Positions 27,384-37,385 of a DNA stretch of 37,385 nt are shown piece by piece. Where the stretch lies: the IMG/VR virus record IMGVR_UViG_2913123054_000004; one strand, given 5' to 3'. Positions within the stretch are counted from its first letter, which is position 1; each line of letters starts with the position of its first letter. The position numbers were made by a program, and so were the translations under genes. The DNA is from a virus. Its lineage: Duplodnaviria > Heunggongvirae > Uroviricota > Caudoviricetes. The notes under the pieces were generated by a model. That model did not search any database and was not told the DNA's origin. It saw only the letters and a program-made list of their open reading frames with translations.

Positions 27384-28556
27384 ATGGCTCAGGATTACCA
27401 CCACGGAGTGCGCGTTGTTGAAGTCAACGAAGGCACCCGATCCATTACCACGGTGAGCACCGCCATCGTGGGTATGGTCTGCACGGGCGATGATGCCGAT
27501 GCAAAAATGTTTCCTCTTAATAAACCCGTGCTGATCACTGATGTGCTGACTGCCAGCGGTAAAGCGGGTGAGTCCGGCACGCTGGCTCGTTCGCTGGATG
27601 CCATCGCTGACCAGGCAAAACCCGTGACCGTTGTTGTGCGTGTGCCCCAGGGGGAAACGGAAGAAGAAACCACAACCAATATCATCGGCGCAGTGACCGC
27701 CGAGGGTAAAAAAACAGGCATGAAAGCCCTGTTATCTGCTCAGTCACAGCTCGGCGTTAAACCGCGCATTCTCGGCGTGCCAGGTCAAGATAACAAAGCC
27801 GTTGCGACTGAGCTGCTGAGTGTGGCGCAAAGCCTGCGTGGGTTTGCCTACCTGTCAGCATATGGCTGCAAGACGGTGCAGGAGGCGATCACTTACCGTG
27901 AAAACTTCAGCCAGCGTGAAGGGATGCTGATCTGGCCGGATTTTATCAGCTGGGACACGGTGCTGAATGCCGAAGCAACGGCATACGCCACCGCGCGTGC
28001 GCTTGGCCTGCGCGCCAAAATTGACGAGCAGACCGGATGGCACAAAAGCCTGTCCAACGTGGGCGTGAACGGTGTCACCGGAATTTCTGCTGATGTGTTC
28101 TGGGATCTGCAGGACCCGGCAACCGATGCAGGTCTGCTTAACCAGAACGACGTCACCACCCTTATCCGCAAGGACGGTTTCCGCTTCTGGGGTTCCCGCT
28201 GTCTGAGTGATGATCCGCTCTTTGCCTTCGAAAACTACACCCGCACGGCGCAGGTGCTGATGGACACAATGGCAGAAGCGCACATGTGGGCGGTGGATAA
28301 ACCGCTGAATCCGTCACTGGCCCGCGACATTATCGAGGGTATCCGTGCCAAAATGCGCAGCCTGGTCAGTCAGGGCTATCTCATTGGTGGTGATTGCTGG
28401 CTGGACGAGTCGGTGAACGATAAAGACACGCTGAAAGCCGGGAAGCTCACCATCGACTACGACTACACGCCAGTGCCGCCACTTGAAAATCTGATGCTGC
28501 GCCAGCGCATCACCGATCAGTACCTGGTGAATTTCGCCAGCCAGGTCAGCGCGTAA
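27384..28556 (+). CDS. FI: Tail sheath protein (P2 gpFI-like)
   Basis: 390 aa; first gene of the FI-FII-E-T-U-D tail operon. Confidence 0.9.
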   Translation: MAQDYHHGVRVVEVNEGTRSITTVSTAIVGMVCTGDDADAKMFPLNKPVLITDVLTASGKAGESGTLARSLDAIADQAKPVTVVVRVPQGETEEETTTNIIGAVTAEGKKTGMKALLSAQSQLGVKPRILGVPGQDNKAVATELLSVAQSLRGFAYLSAYGCKTVQEAITYRENFSQREGMLIWPDFISWDTVLNAEATAYATARALGLRAKIDEQTGWHKSLSNVGVNGVTGISADVFWDLQDPATDAGLLNQNDVTTLIRKDGFRFWGSRCLSDDPLFAFENYTRTAQVLMDTMAEAHMWAVDKPLNPSLARDIIEGIRAKMRSLVSQGYLIGGDCWLDESVNDKDTLKAGKLTIDYDYTPVPPLENLMLRQRITDQYLVNFASQVSA

Positions 28557-28565
28557 GGGGACAAC

Positions 28566-29081
28566 ATGGCTTTACCACGCAAATTAAAACACCTGAACCT
28601 GTTTAACGACGGGAACAACTGGCAGGGGATCGTTGAGTCGCTGACGCTGCCGAAATTCACCCGCAAATATGAGAAGTATCGCGGCGGCGGAATGCCGGGT
28701 GCAGTGGATGTGGATCTGGGACTGGATGACAGTGCGCTGGACACAGAATTTTCCATTGGTGGTACTGAACTGCTGCTGTTTAAACAGATGGGCAAAGCCA
28801 CGGTGGATGGCATCCAGCTGCGCTTTACCGGCTCTATCCAGCGTGACGATACCGGGGAAGTGCAGGCCGTAGAGCTTGTGGTGCGCGGACGTCACAAAGA
28901 AGTGGATTCCGGTGAGTGGAAGACGGGCGAAAGCAACACCACCAAAGTGACCAGTACCAACAGCTACGCGAAGCTGACTATCAATGGTGAGGTGCTCTAT
29001 GAAGTGGACCTTATCAACATGGTGGAAATTGTGGACGGTGTGGACCTGATGGAAGCGCACCGCAACGCCCTTGGCCTCTGA
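28566..29081 (+). CDS. FII: Tail tube protein (P2 gpFII-like)
   Basis: 171 aa directly after the sheath gene. Confidence 0.9.
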   Translation: MALPRKLKHLNLFNDGNNWQGIVESLTLPKFTRKYEKYRGGGMPGAVDVDLGLDDSALDTEFSIGGTELLLFKQMGKATVDGIQLRFTGSIQRDDTGEVQAVELVVRGRHKEVDSGEWKTGESNTTKVTSTNSYAKLTINGEVLYEVDLINMVEIVDGVDLMEAHRNALGL

Positions 29082-29135
29082 TGTATCTGAACGGCGCGGA
29101 ATGCCGCGCCAGAACCCAATTTACAGGACAGCAAA

Positions 29136-29438
29136 ATGAGCGATAAGCAGACTGAAAAGACCATTCAACTGGACACCCCCATCATGCGCGGTAAAACAGA
29201 AATTACCGAAATTGTGCTGCGTAAACCGCAGTCCGGTGCGCTGCGCGGTACACGCCTGCAGGCCATTATGGATATGGATGTGAACGCGATGATGACCGTG
29301 ATCCCCCGCATTTCCAGTCCGGCACTGACTGCACAGGAAATTGCAGAGATGGACCCGGCAGACCTCACTGCTATGTCGGTTGAGGTTGTCACTTTTTTGT
29401 TGAAGAAGTCGGTGCTTGCCGGTTTACCGACAGCCTGA
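29136..29438 (+). CDS. E: Tail assembly chaperone E (P2 gpE-like)
   Basis: 100 aa upstream of the tape measure gene; contains the slippery heptamer near its 3' end. Confidence 0.8.
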   Translation: MSDKQTEKTIQLDTPIMRGKTEITEIVLRKPQSGALRGTRLQAIMDMDVNAMMTVIPRISSPALTAQEIAEMDPADLTAMSVEVVTFLLKKSVLAGLPTA

Positions 29439-29572
29439 CGGTTGACGATCTGGTGGCAGATATCGCCACCATTTTCCACTGGCCGCCATCCGTTACTGAC
29501 GTTATGCCGCTGACCGAAGTGCTGGAATGGCGGTATAAAGCGATTCAGAGAAGCGGGGCCAACGATGAGTAA
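29136..29572 (+). CDS. E': E+E' tail chaperone produced by programmed -1 ribosomal frameshift at TTTTTTG (29393-29399)
   Basis: Slippery T6G ~40 nt before the E stop. The -1 frame is open from there to TAA at 29570-29572 (FFVEEVGACRFTDSLTVDDL...WRYKAIQRSGANDE), overlapping the T start. Confidence 0.7.
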
Positions 29573-32500
29573 TAATAACCTGCGCCTGCAGGTCATTCTT
29601 AATGCGGTTGACAAACTCACCCGCCCATTCCGTGCTGCACAGGCCAGTTCGAAAGAGCTGGCTTGCGCAATCAGAAACTCCCGTGACGCATTAAAGCAAC
29701 TCAATCAGGCGGGTAACAGCCTGGAAAAATTTCGCAAGCTGCAGGCCGATAACAAGAAGTTAGGCGACAGGCTGAACTATGCCAGACAGAAGGCTAATTT
29801 GCTTAGCTCTGAGCTGGAGGCGATGGAACAACCATCACAACGGCACCTTGTGGCTTTAGGTCGGCAAACGCTGGCAGTCCAACGCCTGGAAGAACAACAA
29901 AAATATTTGCAGAAGCAAACGGCGCTTGTGCGTGCAGAACTGTACCGGGCGGGAATTTCTGCGAAAGATGATGCGGGAGCAACTGCCCGTTTAGCCCGTG
30001 AAACATCACGTTATAACCAGGAATTGTCGAAACAGGAGGCGCGCCTGAAGCGACTGGGGGAAGCTCAGCGCAGGATGAATGCGGCGCGTGCCAGTTATGC
30101 CCGTTCGCTGGAGGTGCGTGATCGTATTGCAGGTGCCGGAGCCACCACCACGGCTGCAGGGCTGGCAATGGGCGCACCAGTGATGGCGGCAGTAAAAAGC
30201 TATACCAGTATGGAAGATGCCATGAAAGGTGTGGCAAAGCAGGTCAATGGTCTGCGTGACGATAATGGCAATCGCACTGCGCGTTTTTATGAAATGCAGG
30301 ATGCCATCAAGGCTGCCAGCGAACAGTTACCGATGGAAAATGGTGCGGTGGACTTCGCCGCACTGGTTGAAGGTGGTGCGCGCATGAACGTCGCAAACCC
30401 TGACGACAGCTGGGAAGACCAGAAACGTGACCTTTTGGCCTTTGCCAGCACGGCAGCAAAGGCGGCAACAGCTTTTGAGCTGCCAGCGGATGAACTGTCA
30501 GAAAGTCTGGGGAAAATCGCCCAGCTCTACAAAATCCCTACCCGCAATATTGAACAGCTCGGTGATGCGCTGAACTATCTGGATGATAACGCCATGTCGA
30601 AAGGGGCAGACATCATTGATGTCATGCAACGCCTGGGCGGTGTGGCTGATCGTCTGGATTATCGTAAAGCGGCGGCGCTGGGTTCCACCTTTCTGACACT
30701 GGGCGCTGCGCCAGAGGTTGCAGCCAGTGCAGCAAACGCGATGGTGCGTGAATTGTCCATTGCCACCATGCAAAGCAAGAGTTTCTTTGAAGGGATGAAT
30801 CTGCTGAAACTCAATCCTGAAGTGATTGAAAAGCAGATGACGAAGGATGCGATGGGAACTATCCAGCGCGTACTGGAGAAGGTGAACGCACTACCGCAGG
30901 ATAAACGTCTGTCTGCCATGACCATGTTGTTTGGTAAAGAGTTTGGCGATGACGCGGCGAAACTGGCAAACAACCTGCCGGAACTGCAGCGCCAGCTAAA
31001 ACTGACAGCGGGCAATGATGCGCTCGGTTCCATGCAGAAAGAATCCGACATCAACAAAGACTCACTTTCTGCTCAGTGGTTGCTGGTCAAAACCGGAGCG
31101 CAGAACACCTTCAGCAGCCTGGGCGAAACGCTGCGCCAGCCGCTGATGGATATTCTGTACACGGTGAAAAGCATCACGGGGGCGTTGCGCCGCTGGGTGG
31201 AAGCTAACCCGGAACTGACAGGCACACTGATGAAAGTAGCGGCTGTTGTGGCTGCGGTTACCGTAGGCCTCGGCACCTTGGCTGTGGCGCTGGCTGCAGT
31301 GCTGGGGCCGCTGGCAGTCATCCGTCTGGGATTCTCTGTGCTGGGCATCAAAACGTTACCTTCCGTTACGGCAGCAGTAACACGAACCAGCAGCGCGTTG
31401 TCCTGGTTAGCTGGCGCTCCACTGGCACTGCTGCGACGCGGGCTTGCTTCATCGGGTAACGCAGCGGGTTTACTTACTGCGCCGTTGTCGTCTTTGCGCC
31501 GTACGGCATCACTGACGGGAAATGTCCTGAAAACTGTAGCAGGTGCGCCGGTTGCACTTTTGCGGTCTGGATTATCCGGTTTACGTGCGGTTGCTGTGAT
31601 GTTTATGAATCCTCTGGCGGTACTGCGCGGTGGACTGGTCGCCGCAGGCACGGTGCTGCGAGTACTGGCATCTGGTCCACTGGCGATGCTGCGCGTTGCC
31701 CTGTATGCCATATCTGGTCTGTTAGGTGCTCTGCTCAGTCCGATAGGTCTAGTGGTTACTGCACTGGCAGGCGTGGCGCTGGTTGTCTGGAAATACTGGC
31801 AACCCATCACCGCATTTCTCGGTGGCGTGGTGGAGGGATTCAAAGCGGCGGCAGGTCCCATCAGTGCTGCATTCGAACCACTTAAGCCTGTGTTTCAGTG
31901 GATTGGCGACAGAGTACAGGCGCTGTGGGGCTGGTTTACTGATCTGCTGACGCCTGTTAAGTCGACCTCTGCCGAACTGCAGAGCGCAGCGGCAATGGGG
32001 CGACGATTCGGGGAGGCACTGGCGGAAGGGCTGAATATGGTTATGCATCCGCTGGACTCCCTCAAATCCGGCGTATCCTGGTTGCTGGAAAAACTCGGCA
32101 TTGTCAGTAAAGAGGCCGCAAAGGCAAAACTGCCGGAAAGCGTGACGCATCAGCAACCTGCGACGGTGAATGCAGACGGTAAAGTGATGATGACATCGGG
32201 TGGTTTTCCGTCATGGGGATATGGCTTTGCGGGGATGTATGACAGCGGCGGGTATATCCCGCGCGGGCAGTTCGGCATTGTCGGTGAAAACGGGCCTGAA
32301 ATTGTCAACGGCCCGGCAAACGTGACCAGCCGGAGAAATACAGCTGCACTGGCTGCGGTTGTCGCCGGAATGATGGGCGTTGCTGCCGCGCCTGCAGAGC
32401 TTCCACCGTTGCATCCTTTGGCACTTCCCGCGAAAGGCGGCGGAGCGATGGTGAGTCGTGCAGCCACTGTGCCGCCCGTTCAACGGATTGAGGCACCGAC

Positions 32501-32642
32501 GCAGATCATCATTCAGACGCAGCCAGGACAAAGTGCGCAGGATATTGCGCGGGAGGTGGCACGCCAGCTTGATGAACGTGAACGCAGGCTGAAGGCAAAA
32601 GCCAGGAGTAACTACAGCGATCAAGGGGGATACGACGCATGA
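29565..32642 (+). CDS. T: Tail tape measure protein (P2 gpT-like)
   Basis: 1025 aa, Ala/Gly-rich with hydrophobic central segments, in the tape-measure position. Confidence 0.9.
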   Translation: MSNNNLRLQVILNAVDKLTRPFRAAQASSKELACAIRNSRDALKQLNQAGNSLEKFRKLQADNKKLGDRLNYARQKANLLSSELEAMEQPSQRHLVALGRQTLAVQRLEEQQKYLQKQTALVRAELYRAGISAKDDAGATARLARETSRYNQELSKQEARLKRLGEAQRRMNAARASYARSLEVRDRIAGAGATTTAAGLAMGAPVMAAVKSYTSMEDAMKGVAKQVNGLRDDNGNRTARFYEMQDAIKAASEQLPMENGAVDFAALVEGGARMNVANPDDSWEDQKRDLLAFASTAAKAATAFELPADELSESLGKIAQLYKIPTRNIEQLGDALNYLDDNAMSKGADIIDVMQRLGGVADRLDYRKAAALGSTFLTLGAAPEVAASAANAMVRELSIATMQSKSFFEGMNLLKLNPEVIEKQMTKDAMGTIQRVLEKVNALPQDKRLSAMTMLFGKEFGDDAAKLANNLPELQRQLKLTAGNDALGSMQKESDINKDSLSAQWLLVKTGAQNTFSSLGETLRQPLMDILYTVKSITGALRRWVEANPELTGTLMKVAAVVAAVTVGLGTLAVALAAVLGPLAVIRLGFSVLGIKTLPSVTAAVTRTSSALSWLAGAPLALLRRGLASSGNAAGLLTAPLSSLRRTASLTGNVLKTVAGAPVALLRSGLSGLRAVAVMFMNPLAVLRGGLVAAGTVLRVLASGPLAMLRVALYAISGLLGALLSPIGLVVTALAGVALVVWKYWQPITAFLGGVVEGFKAAAGPISAAFEPLKPVFQWIGDRVQALWGWFTDLLTPVKSTSAELQSAAAMGRRFGEALAEGLNMVMHPLDSLKSGVSWLLEKLGIVSKEAAKAKLPESVTHQQPATVNADGKVMMTSGGFPSWGYGFAGMYDSGGYIPRGQFGIVGENGPEIVNGPANVTSRRNTAALAAVVAGMMGVAAAPAELPPLHPLALPAKGGGAMVSRAATVPPVQRIEAPTQIIIQTQPGQSAQDIAREVARQLDERERRLKAKARSNYSDQGGYDA

Positions 32643-33124
32643 TGATGGTGCTTGGATTGTACGTGTTTATGCTGCGCACCGTGCCGTATCAGGAACTGCA
32701 GTATCAACGCAGCTGGCGACATGCGGCTAACAGCCGGGTAAATCGTCGTCCGTCCACGCAGTTTCTGGGACCGGACAACGACATGCTGACGCTTTCTGGT
32801 GTTCTTATGCCGGAGATAACAGGCGGCAGGCTGTCGTTGCTGGCACTGGAGCAGATGGCAGAACAGGGGAAAGCATGGCCCCTGATTGAAGGCAGCGGCA
32901 CGATTTACGGCATGTATGTGATTGAGGGACTGAATCAGACTAAAACGGAGTTTTTCCGCGACGGTATGCCGCGCCGGATTGAGTTCACCCTGTCGCTCAA
33001 ACGGGTGGATGAATCCCTGTCCGATATGTTCGGTGATCTTAGTGCGCAACTGAATAATCTGCAGGACATGGCAACGTCTGCCTTAAGCGATATCAGTAAA
33101 ACGGTGGGAGGGCTGCTGTCGTGA
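32639..33124 (+). CDS. U: Tail protein U (P2 gpU-like)
   Basis: 161 aa; start overlaps the T stop. Confidence 0.85.
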   Translation: MMMVLGLYVFMLRTVPYQELQYQRSWRHAANSRVNRRPSTQFLGPDNDMLTLSGVLMPEITGGRLSLLALEQMAEQGKAWPLIEGSGTIYGMYVIEGLNQTKTEFFRDGMPRRIEFTLSLKRVDESLSDMFGDLSAQLNNLQDMATSALSDISKTVGGLLS

Positions 33125-34221
33125 ATTTCAGCTCTGAACTGCTTAACAAAGGTAACAAAACTCCCGCATTCAGCATCAGTATTGAGGGCAGGGATATCAC
33201 CACAGTGCTGGATAACCGCCTGATGAGTCTGGCGCTGACGGACAATCGGGGCTTTGAAGCAGACCAGCTTGATCTGGAGCTGGACGACGCTGACGGAAAA
33301 ATCGTGCTGCCGCGCCGTGGTGCGGTCATTACGCTGGCGCTGGGCTGGAAGGGGCAGCCGCTTTTCCCGAAAGGGGCATTCACGGTGGACGAGATTGAAC
33401 ACACTGGCGCACCGGACCGCCTGACTATCCGGGCGCGAAGTGCTGATTTTCGTGAAACCCTGAATACCCGCCGTGAAAAATCGTGGCACAAGACCACCGT
33501 TGGGGAAGTGGTGAAGGAAATAGCTGCGCGGCACAAACTGAAGATGGCATTGGGTGAAGACCTGTCGGATAAACCCGTGGAGCATATAGACCAGACCAAT
33601 GAGAGTGACGGCAGTTTTCTGATGCGGCTGGCGCGCCAGTACGGTGCTATTGCGTCGGTGAAAAATGGCAATCTGTTATTCATCCGGCAGGGACAGGGTA
33701 AAAGCGCCAGCGGTAAACCACTGCCGGTGATCACTATCACACGGAAGGACGGCGACAGTCACCGCTTTACCCTGGCAGATCGCGGAGCCTACACGGGCGT
33801 AATTGCCAGCTGGTTGCATACCCGCGAACCTGCGAAGAAAGAAAGCACCACGGTGAAGCGTAAGCGCAGGACTAAGAAGCAGAAGAAAGAGCCGGAAGCG
33901 AAGCAGGGCGATTACCTGGTGGGTACGGATGAAAACGTGCTGGTACTTAATCGCACTTATGCCAACCGGAGCAACGCTGAACGGGCAGCGAAAATGCAGT
34001 GGGAACGCCTGCAACGCGGCGTTGCGTCATTCTCGCTACAACTGGCGGAAGGGCGGGCAGATCTCTACACGGAAATGCCAGTGAAAGTCAGTGGCTTTAA
34101 ACAGCCGATAGATGATGCGGAATGGACCATTACGACTCTGACGCATACCGTCAGCCCGGATAACGGTTTTACGACCAGTCTGGAGCTTGAAGTGAAGATT
34201 GATGATTTCGAAATGGAGTGA
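33121..34221 (+). CDS. D: Tail protein D (late control gene D-like)
   Basis: 366 aa, last gene of the tail operon. Confidence 0.85.
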   Translation: MNFSSELLNKGNKTPAFSISIEGRDITTVLDNRLMSLALTDNRGFEADQLDLELDDADGKIVLPRRGAVITLALGWKGQPLFPKGAFTVDEIEHTGAPDRLTIRARSADFRETLNTRREKSWHKTTVGEVVKEIAARHKLKMALGEDLSDKPVEHIDQTNESDGSFLMRLARQYGAIASVKNGNLLFIRQGQGKSASGKPLPVITITRKDGDSHRFTLADRGAYTGVIASWLHTREPAKKESTTVKRKRRTKKQKKEPEAKQGDYLVGTDENVLVLNRTYANRSNAERAAKMQWERLQRGVASFSLQLAEGRADLYTEMPVKVSGFKQPIDDAEWTITTLTHTVSPDNGFTTSLELEVKIDDFEME

Positions 34222-34311
34222 TTCTTCGCAATGGAGAACTTTTAAGTTTTCAAAATGGAATAATGCGGTATCATTATTGTGAATTTAGCAAAAATGGGGA
34301 GAGCTCGAAAA

Positions 34312-34530
34312 ATGATGATTTGCCCACTGTGTGGAAGTGCCGCCCATACTCGCAGCAGTTTTCAGGTATCTTCATTGACCAAAGAGCGTTACAACCAGTG
34401 CCAGAACATTAACTGCAGCCATACTTTTGTTACCCATGAAACTTTTGTTCGTTCGATTGCAACGCCAAAAGAGTCAAATCCGGTTCAGCCGCATCCAATG
34501 AAATCAGGACAGATGGCGCTCTCTCTTTGA
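34312..34530 (+). CDS. ogr: Ogr/Delta-family zinc-finger late transcription activator
   Basis: 72 aa from ATG 34312 (MMICPLCGSAAHTRSS...CQNINCSHTF); matches the P2 Ogr pattern. The ORF track starts upstream at 34279. Confidence 0.85.
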   Translation: MMICPLCGSAAHTRSSFQVSSLTKERYNQCQNINCSHTFVTHETFVRSIATPKESNPVQPHPMKSGQMALSL

Positions 34531-34610
34531 CGCTGCCGCCATTTTGTCGCCATCGTTAAAAAACAGTGCTTCTAACATCATGATTTTAAACGGCATAAAT
34601 TTCAGGCAAC

Positions 34611-34653
34611 AAAAAACCCATCAACCTTGAACCAAAATGGCGGGGTTGATGGG
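34611..34653 (-). terminator. Hairpin plus T-run on the minus strand downstream of ybjL (probable ybjL terminator, near the prophage right junction)
   Basis: Minus strand reads CCCATCAACC, 17-nt loop, GGTTGATGGG, TTTTTT. Confidence 0.4.
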
Positions 34654-34765
34654 CTCCACAAAATGGGGACATCAAAGAAAAGCAGTGGCACTAATTAAGA
34701 CTGATGCCCCAAAGAAAAGTTCGCCGATTGTACAAAAAAATTTCATTTTCAGGGCAACTTCAGTT

Positions 34766-36451
34766 TTATCCGAGTCCTGGCCATACCATGACAATGATTG
34801 TCCCGGCCAGCGTTAGCAGTACGTTAGCTATTGCATAAGTGCCCGCATAACCTAAGGCTGGGATGTTACTGCGTGCGGTGTCGCTGATGATCTCCATTGC
34901 CGGAGCACAAGTACGCGCACCCATCATCGCGCCGAACAGGAGTGCGCGGTTCATACGCAGTACATAAGCGCCGAACAGGAAGCAGATAACCACCGGTACC
35001 AGACTGACAATCAATCCGGCAATTAACATCTGACCACCGATCGCGCCCAGGCCGTTATTAATACCGCTACCGGCGCTTAAACCAACGCCTGCCATAAACA
35101 CCATCAAGCCGAACTCTTTCACCATGCTTAACGCCCCCTGCGGAATGTAACCGAAGGTCGGGTGGTTAGCGCGCATAAAGCCCAACATAATGCCGGCGAA
35201 TAACAAGCCAGCAGCGTTACCCATGCCAAAGCTAAATGTACTGAACTGGAAGGTAATCATCCCGATCATCAGGCCAATAACAAAGAACGCGCAGAATGCC
35301 AGCAGGTCTGTGACCTGGCTGTGAATCGAGATAAAGCCGATGCGGTCAGCAATGGTTTTCACGCGACGGGCATCGCCGCTCACCTGTAAAACATCACCTT
35401 TATTAAGCACAACGTTGTCATCAATTGGCATCTCAATCTGGCTGCGGATGACGCGGTTAAGGAAGCAACCGTGATCGGTCAACTTTAGTTGTGCCAGACG
35501 TTTACCTACCGCGTTATGGTTTTTGACGACGACCTCTTCAGTGACGATACGCATGTCGAGAAGGTCACGATCAAAAACTTCTTTACCGTTACGGAAGCTG
35601 GGATCGAGGCGGGCGTGGGCGTCTGGATATCCCACTAACGCTATCTCATCGCCCATTTGCAGTACGGCGTCGCCATCTGGATTTGCCAGAATCCCGTTAC
35701 GACGAATACGTTCAATGTAGCAACCAGTTTGACGATAAATACCCAATTCACGCAGATTTTTGCCGTCGGTCCAGGCCACCAGCTCCGGGCCGACACGGTA
35801 GGCGCGGATCACCGGCAAATAAACTTTGCGGCTGGCATCGGTGTCCAGGCCACGTTCGCGAGCGATTTGTTGGGCGCTGGTCTGTAAATCCTGATGTTGC
35901 AACTTCGGTAAATAACGTGCACCGACAATTAAACTCACCAGGCCAATTAAATAGGTTAACGCATACCCAAGGCTTAGATTATCCAGTGCCGTGGTGAGCT
36001 GTCCGCTTTCCATACCGGAATGGCGTAATGTGTCGCCAGCACCGACCAGAACCGGTGTCGATGTCATGGAGCCAGCCAACATACCGGCCGTCAGACCGAT
36101 ATCCCAGCCAAACAGCTTACCCAACCCTAAGGCGATCGCCAGCGCACTGCTAACCATCACCAGAGCTAACATTAGGTAATTTTTCCCATCGCGGAAAAAA
36201 ATGGAAAAAAAGTTGGGTCCGGCTTCGACCCCGACGCAGAAAATAAACAACATAAAGCCAAGATTAAGCGCGTCGGTGTTAATGCTGAAATGTTGTTGCC
36301 CTAATAGTAACGATACGACTAAAACGCCAATGGAATTACCCAGTTGGATTGAACCAAGTCGTAATTTTCCTAGACATAGTCCAAGCGCAAGGACTACAAA
36401 TAATAACAGAATGTAATTCCCATTTAACAATTCGGCGACGTTTATATTCAC
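34766..36451 (-). CDS. ybjL: Putative transport protein YbjL (host gene)
   Basis: 561 aa, N-terminus [33 protein letters not shown] matches remembered E. coli YbjL; higher GC, host-like codon usage. Confidence 0.9.
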   Translation of the reverse strand: MNINVAELLNGNYILLLFVVLALGLCLGKLRLGSIQLGNSIGVLVVSLLLGQQHFSINTDALNLGFMLFIFCVGVEAGPNFFSIFFRDGKNYLMLALVMVSSALAIALGLGKLFGWDIGLTAGMLAGSMTSTPVLVGAGDTLRHSGMESGQLTTALDNLSLGYALTYLIGLVSLIVGARYLPKLQHQDLQTSAQQIARERGLDTDASRKVYLPVIRAYRVGPELVAWTDGKNLRELGIYRQTGCYIERIRRNGILANPDGDAVLQMGDEIALVGYPDAHARLDPSFRNGKEVFDRDLLDMRIVTEEVVVKNHNAVGKRLAQLKLTDHGCFLNRVIRSQIEMPIDDNVVLNKGDVLQVSGDARRVKTIADRIGFISIHSQVTDLLAFCAFFVIGLMIGMITFQFSTFSFGMGNAAGLLFAGIMLGFMRANHPTFGYIPQGALSMVKEFGLMVFMAGVGLSAGSGINNGLGAIGGQMLIAGLIVSLVPVVICFLFGAYVLRMNRALLFGAMMGARTCAPAMEIISDTARSNIPALGYAGTYAIANVLLTLAGTIIVMVWPGLG

Positions 36452-36718
36452 GGAGACTAACTTCTTGTTTACGAGTAAGCTGTTGAAAGAAATGGTAATT
36501 TAAGATAATGTTTTCACCTGAAATCAGGGCGCGGATTCATTCAGCGCACATAAGCAATAGTAAAGAAACAATATATTTTACTAGTGTAATCACATTAAGT
36601 ACCAACGGCTATAAAAATTGCGTTGGCCTATATTAGCATGGAATGCGAAGCGGCTTTATCTTACTGAACGCCATAGTGGCGAAAATGTGTTCGATAGAGG
36701 CAGTGTCAGGAGGAGCGA

Positions 36719-37096
36719 GTGAAACATAAACAACGTTGGGCGGGGGCAATCTGCTGTTTTGTCCTCTTCATTGTAGTGTGCCTGTTCCTGGCGACGCAAA
36801 TGAAAGGCGCTTTTCGGGCTGCCGGGCATCCTGAAATCGGCTTGCTGTTTTTCATTCTTCCTGGGGCGGTTGCCAGCTTTTTTTCGCAGCGTAGAGAAGT
36901 CCTTAAACCGCTGTTTGGCGCAATGCTGGCGGCACCGTGTTCTATGTTAATTATGCGTCTGTTTTTTTCACCAACACGCTCATTCTGGCAAGAGTTGGCA
37001 TGGTTATTGAGCGCCGTCTTCTGGTGTGCGTTGGGGGCGTTGTGTTTCTTGTTTATTAGTAGTTTGTTCAAGTCACAGCACAGAAAAAATCAATAA
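36719..37096 (+). CDS. ybjM: Inner membrane protein YbjM (host gene)
   Basis: 125-aa hydrophobic protein between ybjL and grxA, as in E. coli K-12. Confidence 0.8.
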   Translation: MKHKQRWAGAICCFVLFIVVCLFLATQMKGAFRAAGHPEIGLLFFILPGAVASFFSQRREVLKPLFGAMLAAPCSMLIMRLFFSPTRSFWQELAWLLSAVFWCALGALCFLFISSLFKSQHRKNQ

Positions 37097-37127
37097 AGCC
37101 CTCAAACAGAGAGGGCTTATCCGGCAA

Positions 37128-37385
37128 TCAGGCTTCAAGATTCTCTTTCACCCAGGCAGCAAAATCGGTATAGCCGCCGATGTGTTGCTGATCGACAAAA
37201 ATCTGCGGTACGGTTTCTACTGGTTTACCCGCTTTCTGTTGTAAATCTTCTTTGCTAATCCCTTCTGCACGAATATCAACATACTGATATTCAAAGTCAT
37301 CGCGTTCATTACTCAGTTTGTCTGCCAACTCTTTAGCACGCACGCAGTAAGGGCAACCCGGACGACCAAAAATAACGGTTTGCAT
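37128..37385 (-). CDS. grxA: Glutaredoxin 1 (host gene)
   Basis: 85 aa with CPYC active site (MQTVIFGRPGCPYCVRAKELA...); start codon at the window edge. Confidence 0.9.
   Translation of the reverse strand: MQTVIFGRPGCPYCVRAKELADKLSNERDDFEYQYVDIRAEGISKEDLQQKAGKPVETVPQIFVDQQHIGGYTDFAAWVKENLEA

Larger units (their letters stand above)
1..34765. mobile_element. P2/186-family prophage, nearly complete; left attachment site lies off-window to the left of int, right junction somewhere in 34531-34765
   Basis: Complete P2-like synteny from int to ogr, followed by host genes ybjL/ybjM/grxA. Accessory islands are AT-richer than the structural genes. Confidence 0.9.

Noticed and set aside
31073-31861. 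262-aa minus-strand ORF inside the tape measure gene
   Set aside because: Shadow ORF in a GC-rich, repeat-like region; Ala/Pro/Ser/Thr-rich with no start context.
1-37385. CRISPR arrays, tRNA/rRNA genes, IS elements or transposases
   Set aside because: No regularly spaced direct repeats, no tRNA-like sequence noticed by eye near either prophage end, and no transposase-like ORFs; tRNA absence is unverified without a scanning tool.

Overview
Nearly the whole window (1 to about 34.7 kb) is one P2/186-family prophage; the last 2.6 kb is host DNA (ybjL, ybjM, grxA, E. coli-like). Gene order: int, AT-rich moron, 186-type cI with duplicated HTH domain (minus strand); then apl/cox, cII, small early ORFs, TraR-like zinc finger, Dam methylase, replication protein A; a LexA-box/DinI-family (Tum-like) module; an acidic ORF; a cos-like site; a HipA-family kinase plus HipS-like/HIRAN two-gene module; portal Q and terminase P (minus); capsid O N M L; lysis cassette X, holin, endolysin, LysA/B/C; R, S; a frameshifted membrane-protein moron; baseplate V W J I; tail fibre H and G; an acyltransferase and an internally deleted Hin/Gin-type invertase; tail FI, FII, E/E', T, U, D; ogr. 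The strongest candidate for an uncharacterised system is the kinase/HipS-HIRAN bicistron right after cos in the A-to-Q accessory hotspot. All calls are from reading the translations and sequence by eye and from remembered family features; no database search was run.
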